From assembly GCF_937919355.1 (NCBI RefSeq), contig NZ_CALFSA010000016.1, forward strand, positions 1 through 47,187: a stretch of 47,187 bases of DNA, in the 5' to 3' direction. This document shows, one piece after another, positions 39,071 through 47,187 of the stretch. Source of the DNA: an uncultured Methanofollis sp. (lineage in GTDB: Archaea; Halobacteriota; Methanomicrobia; Methanomicrobiales; Methanofollaceae). Position 1 is the stretch's first letter. Each line of letters starts with the position of its first letter. The translations under genes and the position numbers were made by a program. The notes beneath the pieces are model-generated. The model saw only the letters and a program-made list of their open reading frames with translations, was not told the origin of the DNA and made no database searches.

Positions 39071-39297
39071 TTCTGATGGTCCTGAGGTAAAACCTTCCAC
39101 AAATTTCGCCCATACTCTGCACTGCTTTTCCCGTATTGCTGTGTCCTCAGGGAACGACGAAGTACCCTCGTCTCCTCCAATCCCCCCCTCCTGCGCCCTG
39201 CCTGCGAGTCGATCCTCTCACCGCTCTCTGGCCTGCATTTGGGTGTTCAGGACGGAAGAGTAGATATAGCGTGACGTCCAAACGTATAGAGTCGGTT

Positions 39298-39374
39298 GGG
39301 GTCATAGGGTAGCCTGGCCATCCTAGGAGACTGGGGGTCTTCTGACCCGCGTTCAAATCGCGGTGACCCCACCA
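39298..39374 (+). tRNA. tRNA-Pro(GGG), CCA encoded
   Basis: GGGGTCA/TGACCCC acceptor, GGAGA-CT-GGG-GG-TCTTC anticodon arm, CCGCG-TTCAAAT-CGCGG, ACCA; T7 tract follows. Confidence 0.95.
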
Positions 39375-39395
39375 CCTTGTTCTTGGTGTTTTTTT

Positions 39396-40256
39396 ATGAA
39401 ATTTCAGCCACGGTGTACTGAATGCCTTCTCTCCCGCGTGGGATATGAGGCCGGGCTTGTGCTCGACGACCCCGGTGCGGTCGAGAGGGTGCGGCGTGCG
39501 GCGACGGCCATGCTCGCCGCGAGGAAGGACGACCCGGAGGTCCCGGCATCGGTGCTTGCAAGTGCCGTCCACCGGTGTGCGTACGACCTGATCGGTGTCG
39601 ACGACCCCTACCGGGACCTCAAGAAGCAGAACAGCAGGGACGCACTCCATGCCGCCGAAAAGGTTGCGCCCGCCCTCCATACGTTCAGGGACTATGTCAC
39701 CGCCGCCGTGATCGGCAACACCTTCGACTACGGCGTCCAGTCTCACCAGGTGACCAGTGATTTCCTCTCTTTCTTCGGGGAAGAGTTCCCGAAAGGCCTT
39801 GCAGTCGACGACACCGACAGGATCCTTCCGCTCTGTCGTGACGTCGTCTATTTCACCGACAACTGCGGGGAGATCGTATTCGACCGTCTCCTCCTCAGGT
39901 ACCTGAAGACACGGGGTGCGAAGGTGACTGTCGTCGTCCGCGGCGCTCCCATCCTCAACGATGCCACCATGGAGGACGCCCTTGCCCTTGGCCTCGACAC
40001 CGTCGTCGACCGCGTGACCGCGACGACCTGCGGTGAGCGTGAACTCGGGGTGAACCTCTCCCTTATCCCCGACGATGTTGCAGATGCCCTCGGAAGATGC
40101 AGTCTTGTCATTGCAAAGGGGATGGCAAACTACGAGGCCCTCACCGAATATGATGATCTCCCGCCGACCGCCTTCCTGATGGCCGTCAAGTGCGAGACGA
40201 TCGCACAGATCGTGGGCGTCCCGAAGGGCTCGAAGGTGGCAGTGCTCAGGGACTGA
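39396..40256 (+). CDS. DUF89/ARMT1-like damage-control phosphatase
   Basis: CxxC N-terminus, DPYRDLK, GNTFDYG, DNCGEIVFD, PILNDAT, KGMANYE, LMAVKC. Confidence 0.92.
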   Translation: MKFQPRCTECLLSRVGYEAGLVLDDPGAVERVRRAATAMLAARKDDPEVPASVLASAVHRCAYDLIGVDDPYRDLKKQNSRDALHAAEKVAPALHTFRDYVTAAVIGNTFDYGVQSHQVTSDFLSFFGEEFPKGLAVDDTDRILPLCRDVVYFTDNCGEIVFDRLLLRYLKTRGAKVTVVVRGAPILNDATMEDALALGLDTVVDRVTATTCGERELGVNLSLIPDDVADALGRCSLVIAKGMANYEALTEYDDLPPTAFLMAVKCETIAQIVGVPKGSKVAVLRD

Positions 40257-40959
40257 CGTCGTTTTTCTCCCTGATCATCCCTTCCATGCACCGCCTGATG
40301 AGGTCCTCTGTCTCTGGATTATCCGGACACTGTGCCTCAGCGCGTTTGCAGAAGGCTGTGGCTTCCTTGTAGTGGCCGACTGCGATGAGTCGTTCGGCCA
40401 TCTCATGGAGGAGGTCGATGTTCTCCGGGTCGAGGCGGCATCCGCGGATCAGAAATCCGAGCGCCTCCCTGTCGTTCCTGGCCGTTTTTGCGAGGTAATA
40501 CATCAGTTCAGGCTGGCCCGGTTTTTTTCGCAGGGCCTGCCAGAAGGCTTCCCGCGCCTCCTCCTTCTTGCCGAGGTGGTAGAGCGCCACACCGTGACCG
40601 AACCAGGCCTCGCCGTCGTACCTGTTGAGTGTGAGGGCTGCAAGGAAGGCCTCGTCGGCGGGTCCGGGCATGTCCAGTCTGAGGAGTGAACTCCCCAGGA
40701 GGACAAGAGCCTTCAGGTTCTCGGGTTCCCGCGTTGCGGCCGCAAGGAAGTGCTGGTACGCCTCTCTGTACTGACCTGTCGCCATCATCACCTCTCCCTT
40801 CCCGACAAGAAAGTCCGGGTGGTCGGGCACCACTCTGAGTGCCCGGTCGAAGAAAGAGAGGGCTTCCTTGTATTCGTGCATGGAAAGGTGTGTGACTCCC
40901 TCGTTGTACCAACCGAGAGCATATCTTTTCTGTCTGGGTATTTCGTGCATGGTGGTCAT
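40246..40959 (-). CDS. Tetratricopeptide repeat protein
   Basis: Consecutive ~34-aa TPR patterns. Confidence 0.88.
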   Translation of the reverse strand: MTTMHEIPRQKRYALGWYNEGVTHLSMHEYKEALSFFDRALRVVPDHPDFLVGKGEVMMATGQYREAYQHFLAAATREPENLKALVLLGSSLLRLDMPGPADEAFLAALTLNRYDGEAWFGHGVALYHLGKKEEAREAFWQALRKKPGQPELMYYLAKTARNDREALGFLIRGCRLDPENIDLLHEMAERLIAVGHYKEATAFCKRAEAQCPDNPETEDLIRRCMEGMIREKNDVSP

Positions 40960-41222
40960 GATCAGTACGACGAGAGATCAAATACGTATAATTATATTTA
41001 TAAATTTCTACTGATCCAGTATATCTATTGATGTAAATTCGTAATATTTTCTAAAATTCGTGGAATCCACTGGAATAGAATGGTATTCTCCGGATGAACT
41101 GTTCCACCAGTCCTGATCAGGAGATCACCGTTGCCCAAAAACGCCTTCAGATAAGTATTTTCATGATCTGAACTCTGCGCCCATCCAGACACGTTTATAT
41201 GCTGCCTCCCCGTATTCTTCGT

Positions 41223-41681
41223 ATGGACGCTGTACTCGGCATCTCCCTTGGCTGGATTCTTATCGTGCTGGGGGCCCTCCTGCTCGTCATCGAAGCCACC
41301 AATCCCGGCTTCTTCGTTGCCGTCCCCGGGACCGTGATGATCATCCTCGGCGTCCTCTTTGTGCTCGGCGTGGATGTCTTCGGTTCGACCCTCGGTGTCG
41401 TTGTCGGCGTGGTGACCGCCCTTATCACCGCTGCCGTCACGGTCTGGCTCTACTCACAGATCACCCCGCAGGAAAAGCCGACGACGATCAGTCGTGACTC
41501 GGTCGTCGGCCTCGAAGGGCGGGTGGTCAGGGCCGTGGACCCCGACTCCATTGGAGGGAAGGTCCTGATCGCCGGCACCGAGTGGAGTGCGAAGTCGGTT
41601 TCCGGCCCCCTCAGGGAGGGAGCGAGGGTTGTCGTCGTCCGTTCCGAGGGCGTGCACGTCGTTGTCGACGAGGTGAAATGA
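41223..41681 (+). CDS. NfeD family protein (short, OB-fold)
   Basis: 3 TM plus VVGLEGRV..GKVLIAGTEWSA..GARVVVVRSEG; adjacent to the SPFH gene. Confidence 0.88.
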   Translation: MDAVLGISLGWILIVLGALLLVIEATNPGFFVAVPGTVMIILGVLFVLGVDVFGSTLGVVVGVVTALITAAVTVWLYSQITPQEKPTTISRDSVVGLEGRVVRAVDPDSIGGKVLIAGTEWSAKSVSGPLREGARVVVVRSEGVHVVVDEVK

Positions 41682-41682
41682 C

Positions 41683-42756
41683 ATGGTACTTGCAGAGGTT
41701 CTCAACAGCTTGATCACGGTCTTCCTGATCCTCGTGATCATCTACATCGTGGCGCGTGGCGTCGTGATCATCCAGCCCTATGAGCAGGGCCTTCAGATCA
41801 GGCTTGGTAAATATATCGGAAGGCTCAACCCCGGTTTCCGCTGGGTCGTCCCCCTGATCACGGTCGTCGAGAAGATCGACCTCAGAACACAGGTGATGGA
41901 CGTCCCGTCACAGGAAGTGATCACGAAGGACAACTCCCCCACGAATGTCGACGCCATCGTGTATACCCGCGTGGTCGACCCGGAGAAGGCCTTCTTCGAG
42001 GTGGCGAACTACCGGATGGCAACGGTTGCCCTTGCCCAGACCAGCCTTCGCGGTATCATCGGCGACATGGAACTCGACGAGGTGCTCTACAACCGCGACC
42101 TGATCAACACAAAACTGCGTGATATCCTGGACCGGGAGACCGACCAGTGGGGCGTGAAGGTCGAGCGCGTGGAGATCAAGGAGGTCGACCCTGTCGGTGC
42201 GGTGAAGCAGGCGATGACCGAACAGACGTCCGCGGAGCGTGAGAGGCGTGCGGCCATCCTCCGGGCGGAGGGCGACAAGCGCTCGGCTATCCTCCGGGCC
42301 GAGGGGGAGAGGCAGTCCATGATCCTCCAGGCCGAGGGCGAAAGACAGAGCAAGGTCCTCCGCGCCGAGGGTGAACGTCTCTCGAAGATCCTCCAGGCGC
42401 AGGGCGAGGCCCAGGGACTGCGCATCCTCTCCCTCGGTTCCCGGCCTCTTGACAAGAAGGCGATCACCGTCCTCTCCCTCGACGCCCTGAAGCAGATGGC
42501 CGATGGGCAGGCGACGAAGATCATCTTCCCCTTCGAGGTGTCGAGCCTCATCAAGCAGAGCGCACGTTTCCTCGGGGCGACTGACGAGATGCCGGAGGAG
42601 GAGGGCGCTGCAGAGGTCGGGGAGATCGACGCATCGATCCTTGGCGAGGTCCCGAAGCCCGAGGAGGTCTCAAAGCTCCTCGAAATCCTTGAACAGAAAC
42701 TTGAGAAAGAGGAGTCTGTCGAGGACCTGAAGGCCGGGAAGAAAGAGGTACTCTAA
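41683..42756 (+). CDS. SPFH/band 7 (stomatin/QmcA-like) protein
   Basis: IDLR, QEVITKDN, LAQTSLRGIIG, WGVKVERVEIK, AERERRA and repeated AEG motifs. Confidence 0.93.
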   Translation: MVLAEVLNSLITVFLILVIIYIVARGVVIIQPYEQGLQIRLGKYIGRLNPGFRWVVPLITVVEKIDLRTQVMDVPSQEVITKDNSPTNVDAIVYTRVVDPEKAFFEVANYRMATVALAQTSLRGIIGDMELDEVLYNRDLINTKLRDILDRETDQWGVKVERVEIKEVDPVGAVKQAMTEQTSAERERRAAILRAEGDKRSAILRAEGERQSMILQAEGERQSKVLRAEGERLSKILQAQGEAQGLRILSLGSRPLDKKAITVLSLDALKQMADGQATKIIFPFEVSSLIKQSARFLGATDEMPEEEGAAEVGEIDASILGEVPKPEEVSKLLEILEQKLEKEESVEDLKAGKKEVL

Positions 42757-43097
42757 TCTTTTTTGGGTCTGGAAATATTTCCGGGACCTATTCCCATTTT
42801 TCCCTCTCGCACCATTGCTGTCAACATGGTCATCCATGAGGCAGGGTAGCGGGAGAAATTCCACAACAAAATTCCACAACAAAGATGCGAACCCCTCCTG
42901 TTCCGCTGACGTCGAGGTGAGGTTGATGAGGGCCAGAACAATTGCGTTGTCAAAGATTACAGGAGTAAACGCCGCGAAAAAGAGGTGGAGAGCGGCGAGA
43001 CGATTGAGGGGTTGAAGACGTGGTCTGTCTCAAAGGCCCCGTGATCTTATTCTGGTACAAAAACTATTTTTCCGGTTTCCAGAATATTTCCTGCCTC

Positions 43098-43310
43098 TTA
43101 TCGGATCTTTCTCGTGCGGTACCACTCTTTGATATGCTCGTTGAAGTAGGTCCCGTGGGAAGAGGCCGTCATCAATTCCCGGTAGACCGACTCCGGGACG
43201 TCTGAATACTGGTAGAGAGAGCCGTTTGTGAACTCGATCTCCAGGGTGCCGGAGAGAGAACTGTACCCGACCGACTGGATGGTGCCGGAAGTGATCGCCT
43301 GCCGCAACAT
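43098..43310 (-). CDS. KTSC domain protein
   Basis: SGTIQSVGY, TLEIEF.NG.LYQYSDVP, LMTASSHGTYFNEHIK. Confidence 0.88.
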   Translation of the reverse strand: MLRQAITSGTIQSVGYSSLSGTLEIEFTNGSLYQYSDVPESVYRELMTASSHGTYFNEHIKEWYRTRKIR

Positions 43311-43482
43311 AGATCTGCTATGGTGCGTGTCTGTTGATATAACGTTCTACTCCGGGTTTTTGAACGCCGTCAGGCAGAGCGTGCGGTCCCCCGGGGTGGT
43401 AAAGGCCGGGGAGAATGAGTCAATATAGTCTTCTTTTTTGGGTGAATTTCAGTTCTGGTTCCCGGTCAGGTCTCCTCCGCCA

Positions 43483-43971
43483 TCAAGCCCCTTTCCATCC
43501 AAGGAACCGATACAGAAGAGTTGCAAGGCCGATATTCAGCGCCATCACGCAGGCGTAGATCACGCCGTTGGAGAGAGGTGTGTGCCAGTAGATGGCCGGC
43601 ACCATCGAGAGGCCAGAAGAGACGAGGAGAAACGGGAAGAAAAATCCGACGACGGAGACCTGAATGTTGCAGGCGAGAACGCGTCTGAAGCCGGGCGTCT
43701 CGCCTGATCGATTGGAGACGACGAAGGGTGGGACGAGCACCGCCACAGGCACCCCGAATGCCAGCGCCCCGATAAGAAGTGTCGGGGCGTCGGTCTGCAT
43801 GAGCAGGGTAAAACCGACCACGGTGACGAGGACGAGTATCCCGAGGCGGTGAAGGCGATCGCCCGTCCGTGTGAGAAGTGTATGGACACACCCGAGCAGC
43901 ACGAGCCCTATGAGGCAGGCGACGAGTTCAAAGAGTATCACGAGGAAGAGAAAGCCTTCGACGATGTCCAT
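43483..43971 (-). CDS. Hypothetical membrane protein
   Basis: About 5 hydrophobic helices, ATG start. Confidence 0.7.
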   Translation of the reverse strand: MDIVEGFLFLVILFELVACLIGLVLLGCVHTLLTRTGDRLHRLGILVLVTVVGFTLLMQTDAPTLLIGALAFGVPVAVLVPPFVVSNRSGETPGFRRVLACNIQVSVVGFFFPFLLVSSGLSMVPAIYWHTPLSNGVIYACVMALNIGLATLLYRFLGWKGA

Positions 43972-44076
43972 TCAGGATCCTCGTGGAGATGATTGATGGA
44001 TTCTCTCTTGTATCTTTGCATGTGTCCCTCCCTCTCAAGGGGGGGTTTCATGCCTGTTTGCAAAAAAAAGGATCCC

Positions 44077-45381
44077 TCAGATATGGAGGAGATAGGGCAG
44101 GGCGATCAACCCGATCATCATGGAGAGGAGGATCCAGGAGACGAAGGTGACGATCGCCTGCCCGTACCGGCCCCATCCCCGCGGTTCGAGGACACGGTCG
44201 AGCCCTTCCTTGAGGATGTAGCCGCCGTCGAGGGGCACCATCGGGATGGCATTGAAGATCCCGACATTAATGTTGATCCAGGCCGACCAGAAGAGGAAGT
44301 GGACGACCCCCCAGAAGAAGGGGAAGGGCTCCTCGTAGTAGGCCGCGGCCGGGGTTTCGAAGGCGAGCACCTTCAACTGCTGCCCGCCGATGGACATGTC
44401 GAAGGGGATGGTGACGAAGCGCAGCCAGCCGATCGGCGAGAACATCTGCCCGACCATGCCCTGCACGCTTGCGGCGTCATAGTAGTAGATCCCCATGTAG
44501 CCTGATGTCCTCGGTCCCACCTGTCCGGTGATCGCCTCGGGCCATGCCGTGAGGTTGAGGGTGTGGTCTGTCCTGACGCCGTCTTTCTCGACGGTGAGGG
44601 CGAGACGGTCACCCGGCTCCGTCGTGTCGAGGGCCGCCGTCACCTCATCCCGCGTCGTGACCGGGACGCCGTTCACCTCTGTTATGACGCTCGGTGTCGG
44701 CACGCCCGCGCCATATGCCGGGCCCCCTTCATAGACCCCGTAGACCGCCGGGGTGTTGAGGGGCGTCGCCATCCCCACGACCAGGATGAAGAGCACGAAA
44801 CAGATGCCGCCGATGACGATGTTGTTCGTGATCCCGGCGCCAAGCATCCTCGCCTTCGGCCAGCCGTGGACACGCTCCGCGTCCTGCTCGTCGGGCTCGA
44901 CAAAGGCGCCGATCGGGATGACAGCATAGAGGAGGCCGGCGCTCTTCACCTTGATGTCCTCGATCCTGCAGAGGATGCCGTGGCCTGCCTCGTGGATCAC
45001 GAGAGTGAGGAAGAAGGCGAGCCAGACCGCGACGGTCGAGGGGACGTACTCGTTGATGCCGGGGAGGAGGAGGATATTCTGCGGCTTGTAGATCCCTGTC
45101 GGCTCGGGCTGGGTGACGAGGGTGATGTTGAAGGCGAAGACGAGCATGAGGGTCATCAGCACGGCCGAGATGACCACCATGACGACCCCGACCGTCCCGT
45201 AGACGCGGAGTATTCGGGAGAACGGCCTGAACCAGTCGAAGACCCCGACGTTCTCCGTCTTGATCATCATGATCGGGCCGTAGAAGTCGATATGATCAGC
45301 AAATTTCCCGGTCGCCTTCACGTATGCAGCTGCCAGGATATAGATGCCGAGAAGAAGTATGAGGATCGTTACCCAGTCCAT
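44077..45381 (-). CDS. Site-2 protease (M50) with PDZ domain
   Basis: HEAGH, GAFVEP, NAIPMVPLDGG, PDZ-like VITEVNGVPV. Confidence 0.92.
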   Translation of the reverse strand: MDWVTILILLLGIYILAAAYVKATGKFADHIDFYGPIMMIKTENVGVFDWFRPFSRILRVYGTVGVVMVVISAVLMTLMLVFAFNITLVTQPEPTGIYKPQNILLLPGINEYVPSTVAVWLAFFLTLVIHEAGHGILCRIEDIKVKSAGLLYAVIPIGAFVEPDEQDAERVHGWPKARMLGAGITNNIVIGGICFVLFILVVGMATPLNTPAVYGVYEGGPAYGAGVPTPSVITEVNGVPVTTRDEVTAALDTTEPGDRLALTVEKDGVRTDHTLNLTAWPEAITGQVGPRTSGYMGIYYYDAASVQGMVGQMFSPIGWLRFVTIPFDMSIGGQQLKVLAFETPAAAYYEEPFPFFWGVVHFLFWSAWININVGIFNAIPMVPLDGGYILKEGLDRVLEPRGWGRYGQAIVTFVSWILLSMMIGLIALPYLLHI

Positions 45382-45580
45382 CTGAGAATAAGTGTGGTTG
45401 CCGCACCCAGATAAGGGTTCTCGCCGGTGAAGGCGGCACTGCTGCTCCCCGGGTCTTTATTCGGGTATTGCGTCGTAATCCCGGCTATCTGGATGTAATT
45501 GTGACATTATATATAAATTAGAGGAAAGGCCGGTGCCGGTCTGCCCAAAGGGTATTATGTCAACTCTTTTTTTGATGGGA

Positions 45581-46222
45581 TCAGAAATCGCCGAGCGTCG
45601 TCTGGCGCCGACGGTCCATCAGCCGCACCACCGTCTCCCAGCTCTGCCGGGCGCATGCGGGAGGCATGCCGTGGCTCGTGATATAGCCTTTGAGGTACGC
45701 GATGGTCGCCGGGTCTGAGGGGTAGCCGCTCCCGATCTCCCCCTCTTTGGCGTGCAGCGCCTCGATCGCACGGTCCCGCGTCACCTTCGCGACGATGGAG
45801 GCGGCGGAGACGACAGGGAAGAGGGCGTCGCCGTGGTTGCGGGAGATGACCGTGCAGGCCCCACCGAGGAGTGCGGCGACTGTCGAACCGTATCGCTCCT
45901 CGTTCACGTCGCAGGCGTCGACATAGGCGGTCGGCGGGAGGGGTGCGAGGGTGCGGATAGCATCGGCATGCCCATGTGCCACCAGGACGTTCATCGTCAT
46001 CTCCTGCCGCAGGCGGTCGATCTCGGCCGCCGGTATCTCGACCACACCCCAGGGGAAAGACTCCGTGATCTCGGCATAGAGCCTCTCCCTCTGCCGCCGG
46101 GTGAGGGCCTTCGAGTCCCGTACACCGTCTGGCAGGTCGGTCTCCTTCTCGCACCCGACAGTCCCGACCACCATCGGACCGAGGACCGCACCTTTCCCGG
46201 CCTCATCGACGCCGCATATCAT
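45581..46222 (-). CDS. rnhB: Ribonuclease HII
   Basis: GVDEAGKG, DSK, VDA, SAASIVAKVTRD, GSGYPSDP, C-terminal PIP box QTTLGDF. Confidence 0.95.
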   Translation of the reverse strand: MICGVDEAGKGAVLGPMVVGTVGCEKETDLPDGVRDSKALTRRQRERLYAEITESFPWGVVEIPAAEIDRLRQEMTMNVLVAHGHADAIRTLAPLPPTAYVDACDVNEERYGSTVAALLGGACTVISRNHGDALFPVVSAASIVAKVTRDRAIEALHAKEGEIGSGYPSDPATIAYLKGYITSHGMPPACARQSWETVVRLMDRRRQTTLGDF

Positions 46223-46278
46223 GGGAAGAGAGTAGGATGCACAAGATATTTCAAGGCAGGGGCGGCAAACAGGTGTAG

Positions 46279-46956
46279 ATGTACCTCGTCATTGTGGGCC
46301 TCGGAGGGATCGGGCGGAACCTGACGGCGATATCTGCAGATCGTGGAGATTCTGTCGTCGTTATCGACCAGGACGAGTCGAAGTGCAATGATATCTTGGA
46401 CCACTATGATGTGCTTGCGATCACCGGCGACTCCACCGATAGTTCTGTTCTGGACGACGCTGGTATCGACCGTGCGCAGAGTCTTGTCGCCACCACGGGC
46501 GACGACGCCGTCAACCTGATGACCTGCTGGCTGGCAAAACGCTACAATGTCCCCAACGTCGTTTCCATCGTGAACCAGAAAGAGCACTCGGCGCTCTTCA
46601 AGGAGGTTGGCGTGAAGATCAGCGAGAACCCGGACGAACTCGTGGCAAACCGCCTGTATTACTGGGCAGAGAACCCAAACATGCAGCAACTCGCCTCCAT
46701 ACCTGGTGGGACCATCTTCGAGATCGTCGCGGAGGACGGGGCGCCGATCATCGATCACGAGATCAGGGAACTCGAGGTGAAGAACTTCGTCTTCATCGCT
46801 ATACGCCGTGCAGGTGGCGAACTGATCATCCCGAGCGGGCAGGTGAAGATCCGGCCGGGCGACAATATTACTGTCTTCACCAAGAAGGAAGCTGAGTCCG
46901 AGTGCCTTGAAATCCTCAACAGGCAGTTGAAAAAGTCAGAGGAACCGGCTCTGTAG
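46279..46956 (+). CDS. trkA: TrkA family potassium uptake regulatory protein
   Basis: GLGGIG Rossmann motif, GDST, TGDDAVNL, C-terminal RCK-C (IIPSG...PGD). Confidence 0.9.
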   Translation: MYLVIVGLGGIGRNLTAISADRGDSVVVIDQDESKCNDILDHYDVLAITGDSTDSSVLDDAGIDRAQSLVATTGDDAVNLMTCWLAKRYNVPNVVSIVNQKEHSALFKEVGVKISENPDELVANRLYYWAENPNMQQLASIPGGTIFEIVAEDGAPIIDHEIRELEVKNFVFIAIRRAGGELIIPSGQVKIRPGDNITVFTKKEAESECLEILNRQLKKSEEPAL

Positions 46957-46969
46957 ATCCACACTCTTC

Positions 46970-47090
46970 CGGGGGACTATCGTCCCCGGTCCCCTGGGTT
47001 CAGGATAGGCCGGGAACGGCAATCTCAGACCTCAACATTTTCCCGATCATTCTTTCCCGCTCCTATCCTGATTTTGGGAACGACCGAAGT
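46970..47090. repeat. Intergenic REP-like palindromic element
   Basis: CAGGATAGG (47001-47009)/CCTATCCTG (47062-47070) inverted repeat; 15-bp identity with 1734-1748. Confidence 0.7.
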
Positions 47091-47187
47091 GAGCATGAGA
47101 AGATCTCTGATCTTCGCTGTGCGAGTTCCAGCGAGCATGAGAAGATCTCTGATCTTCGCTGTGCGAGTTCCAGCGAGCATGAGAAGA
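47091..47187 (+). repeat. Perfect 42-bp tandem repeat (2 full copies plus a partial copy cut by the window end)
   Basis: GAGCATGAGAAGATCTCTGATCTTCGCTGTGCGAGTTCCAGC at 47091 and 47133; partial copy at 47175. Confidence 0.92.

Noticed and set aside
39298-39400. tRNA-Pro or tRNA-Lys as integration site of a provirus or island
   Set aside because: No duplicated tRNA 3' end and no integrase were seen in the window
42230-42420. 33-bp periodic repeats (ILRAEG/ILQAEG) in the SPFH gene
   Set aside because: Normal 11-residue coiled-coil repeats of QmcA/stomatin-like proteins
42670-43205. Small ORFs of 61-70 aa between SPFH and KTSC
   Set aside because: No RBS or motifs, mutually overlapping; none can be supported
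47091-47187. Possible CRISPR array
   Set aside because: The 42-bp units are contiguous and identical with no spacers, and no cas genes are present

Overview
GC-rich archaeal chromosome segment; gene content (split RpoA'/A'' and RpoB'/B'', L30e, short NusA, class I CCA enzyme, NrdH plus class III RNR) points to a Methanomicrobiales methanogen (inference). Housekeeping content: cca-thpR, nrdH-nrdD-DUF1786, the tRNA-Lys-rpoH-B''-B'-A'-A''-rpl30e-nusA cluster, tRNA-Pro(GGG), nfeD-SPFH, site-2 protease, rnhB, trkA and several transporters. Standout items: (1) a translationally coupled four-gene operon (9907-15714) with a 1057-aa FtsZ/tubulin-like GTPase carrying a very long coiled coil, a membrane-anchored Ras-like GTPase and two surface proteins; (2) an NrdD with a 423-aa intein in its catalytic Cys loop and no C-terminal glycyl-radical domain; (3) a Roadblock/response regulator/duplicated-domain/MinD cluster; (4) a family of intergenic REP/BIME-like palindromic modules made of 3-nt-loop hairpins, including a 42-bp tandem array at the window end; (5) rpoB'' has no ATG/GTG/TTG start at its conserved N-terminus. 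All family assignments come from motif recognition by eye; no database searches were run.
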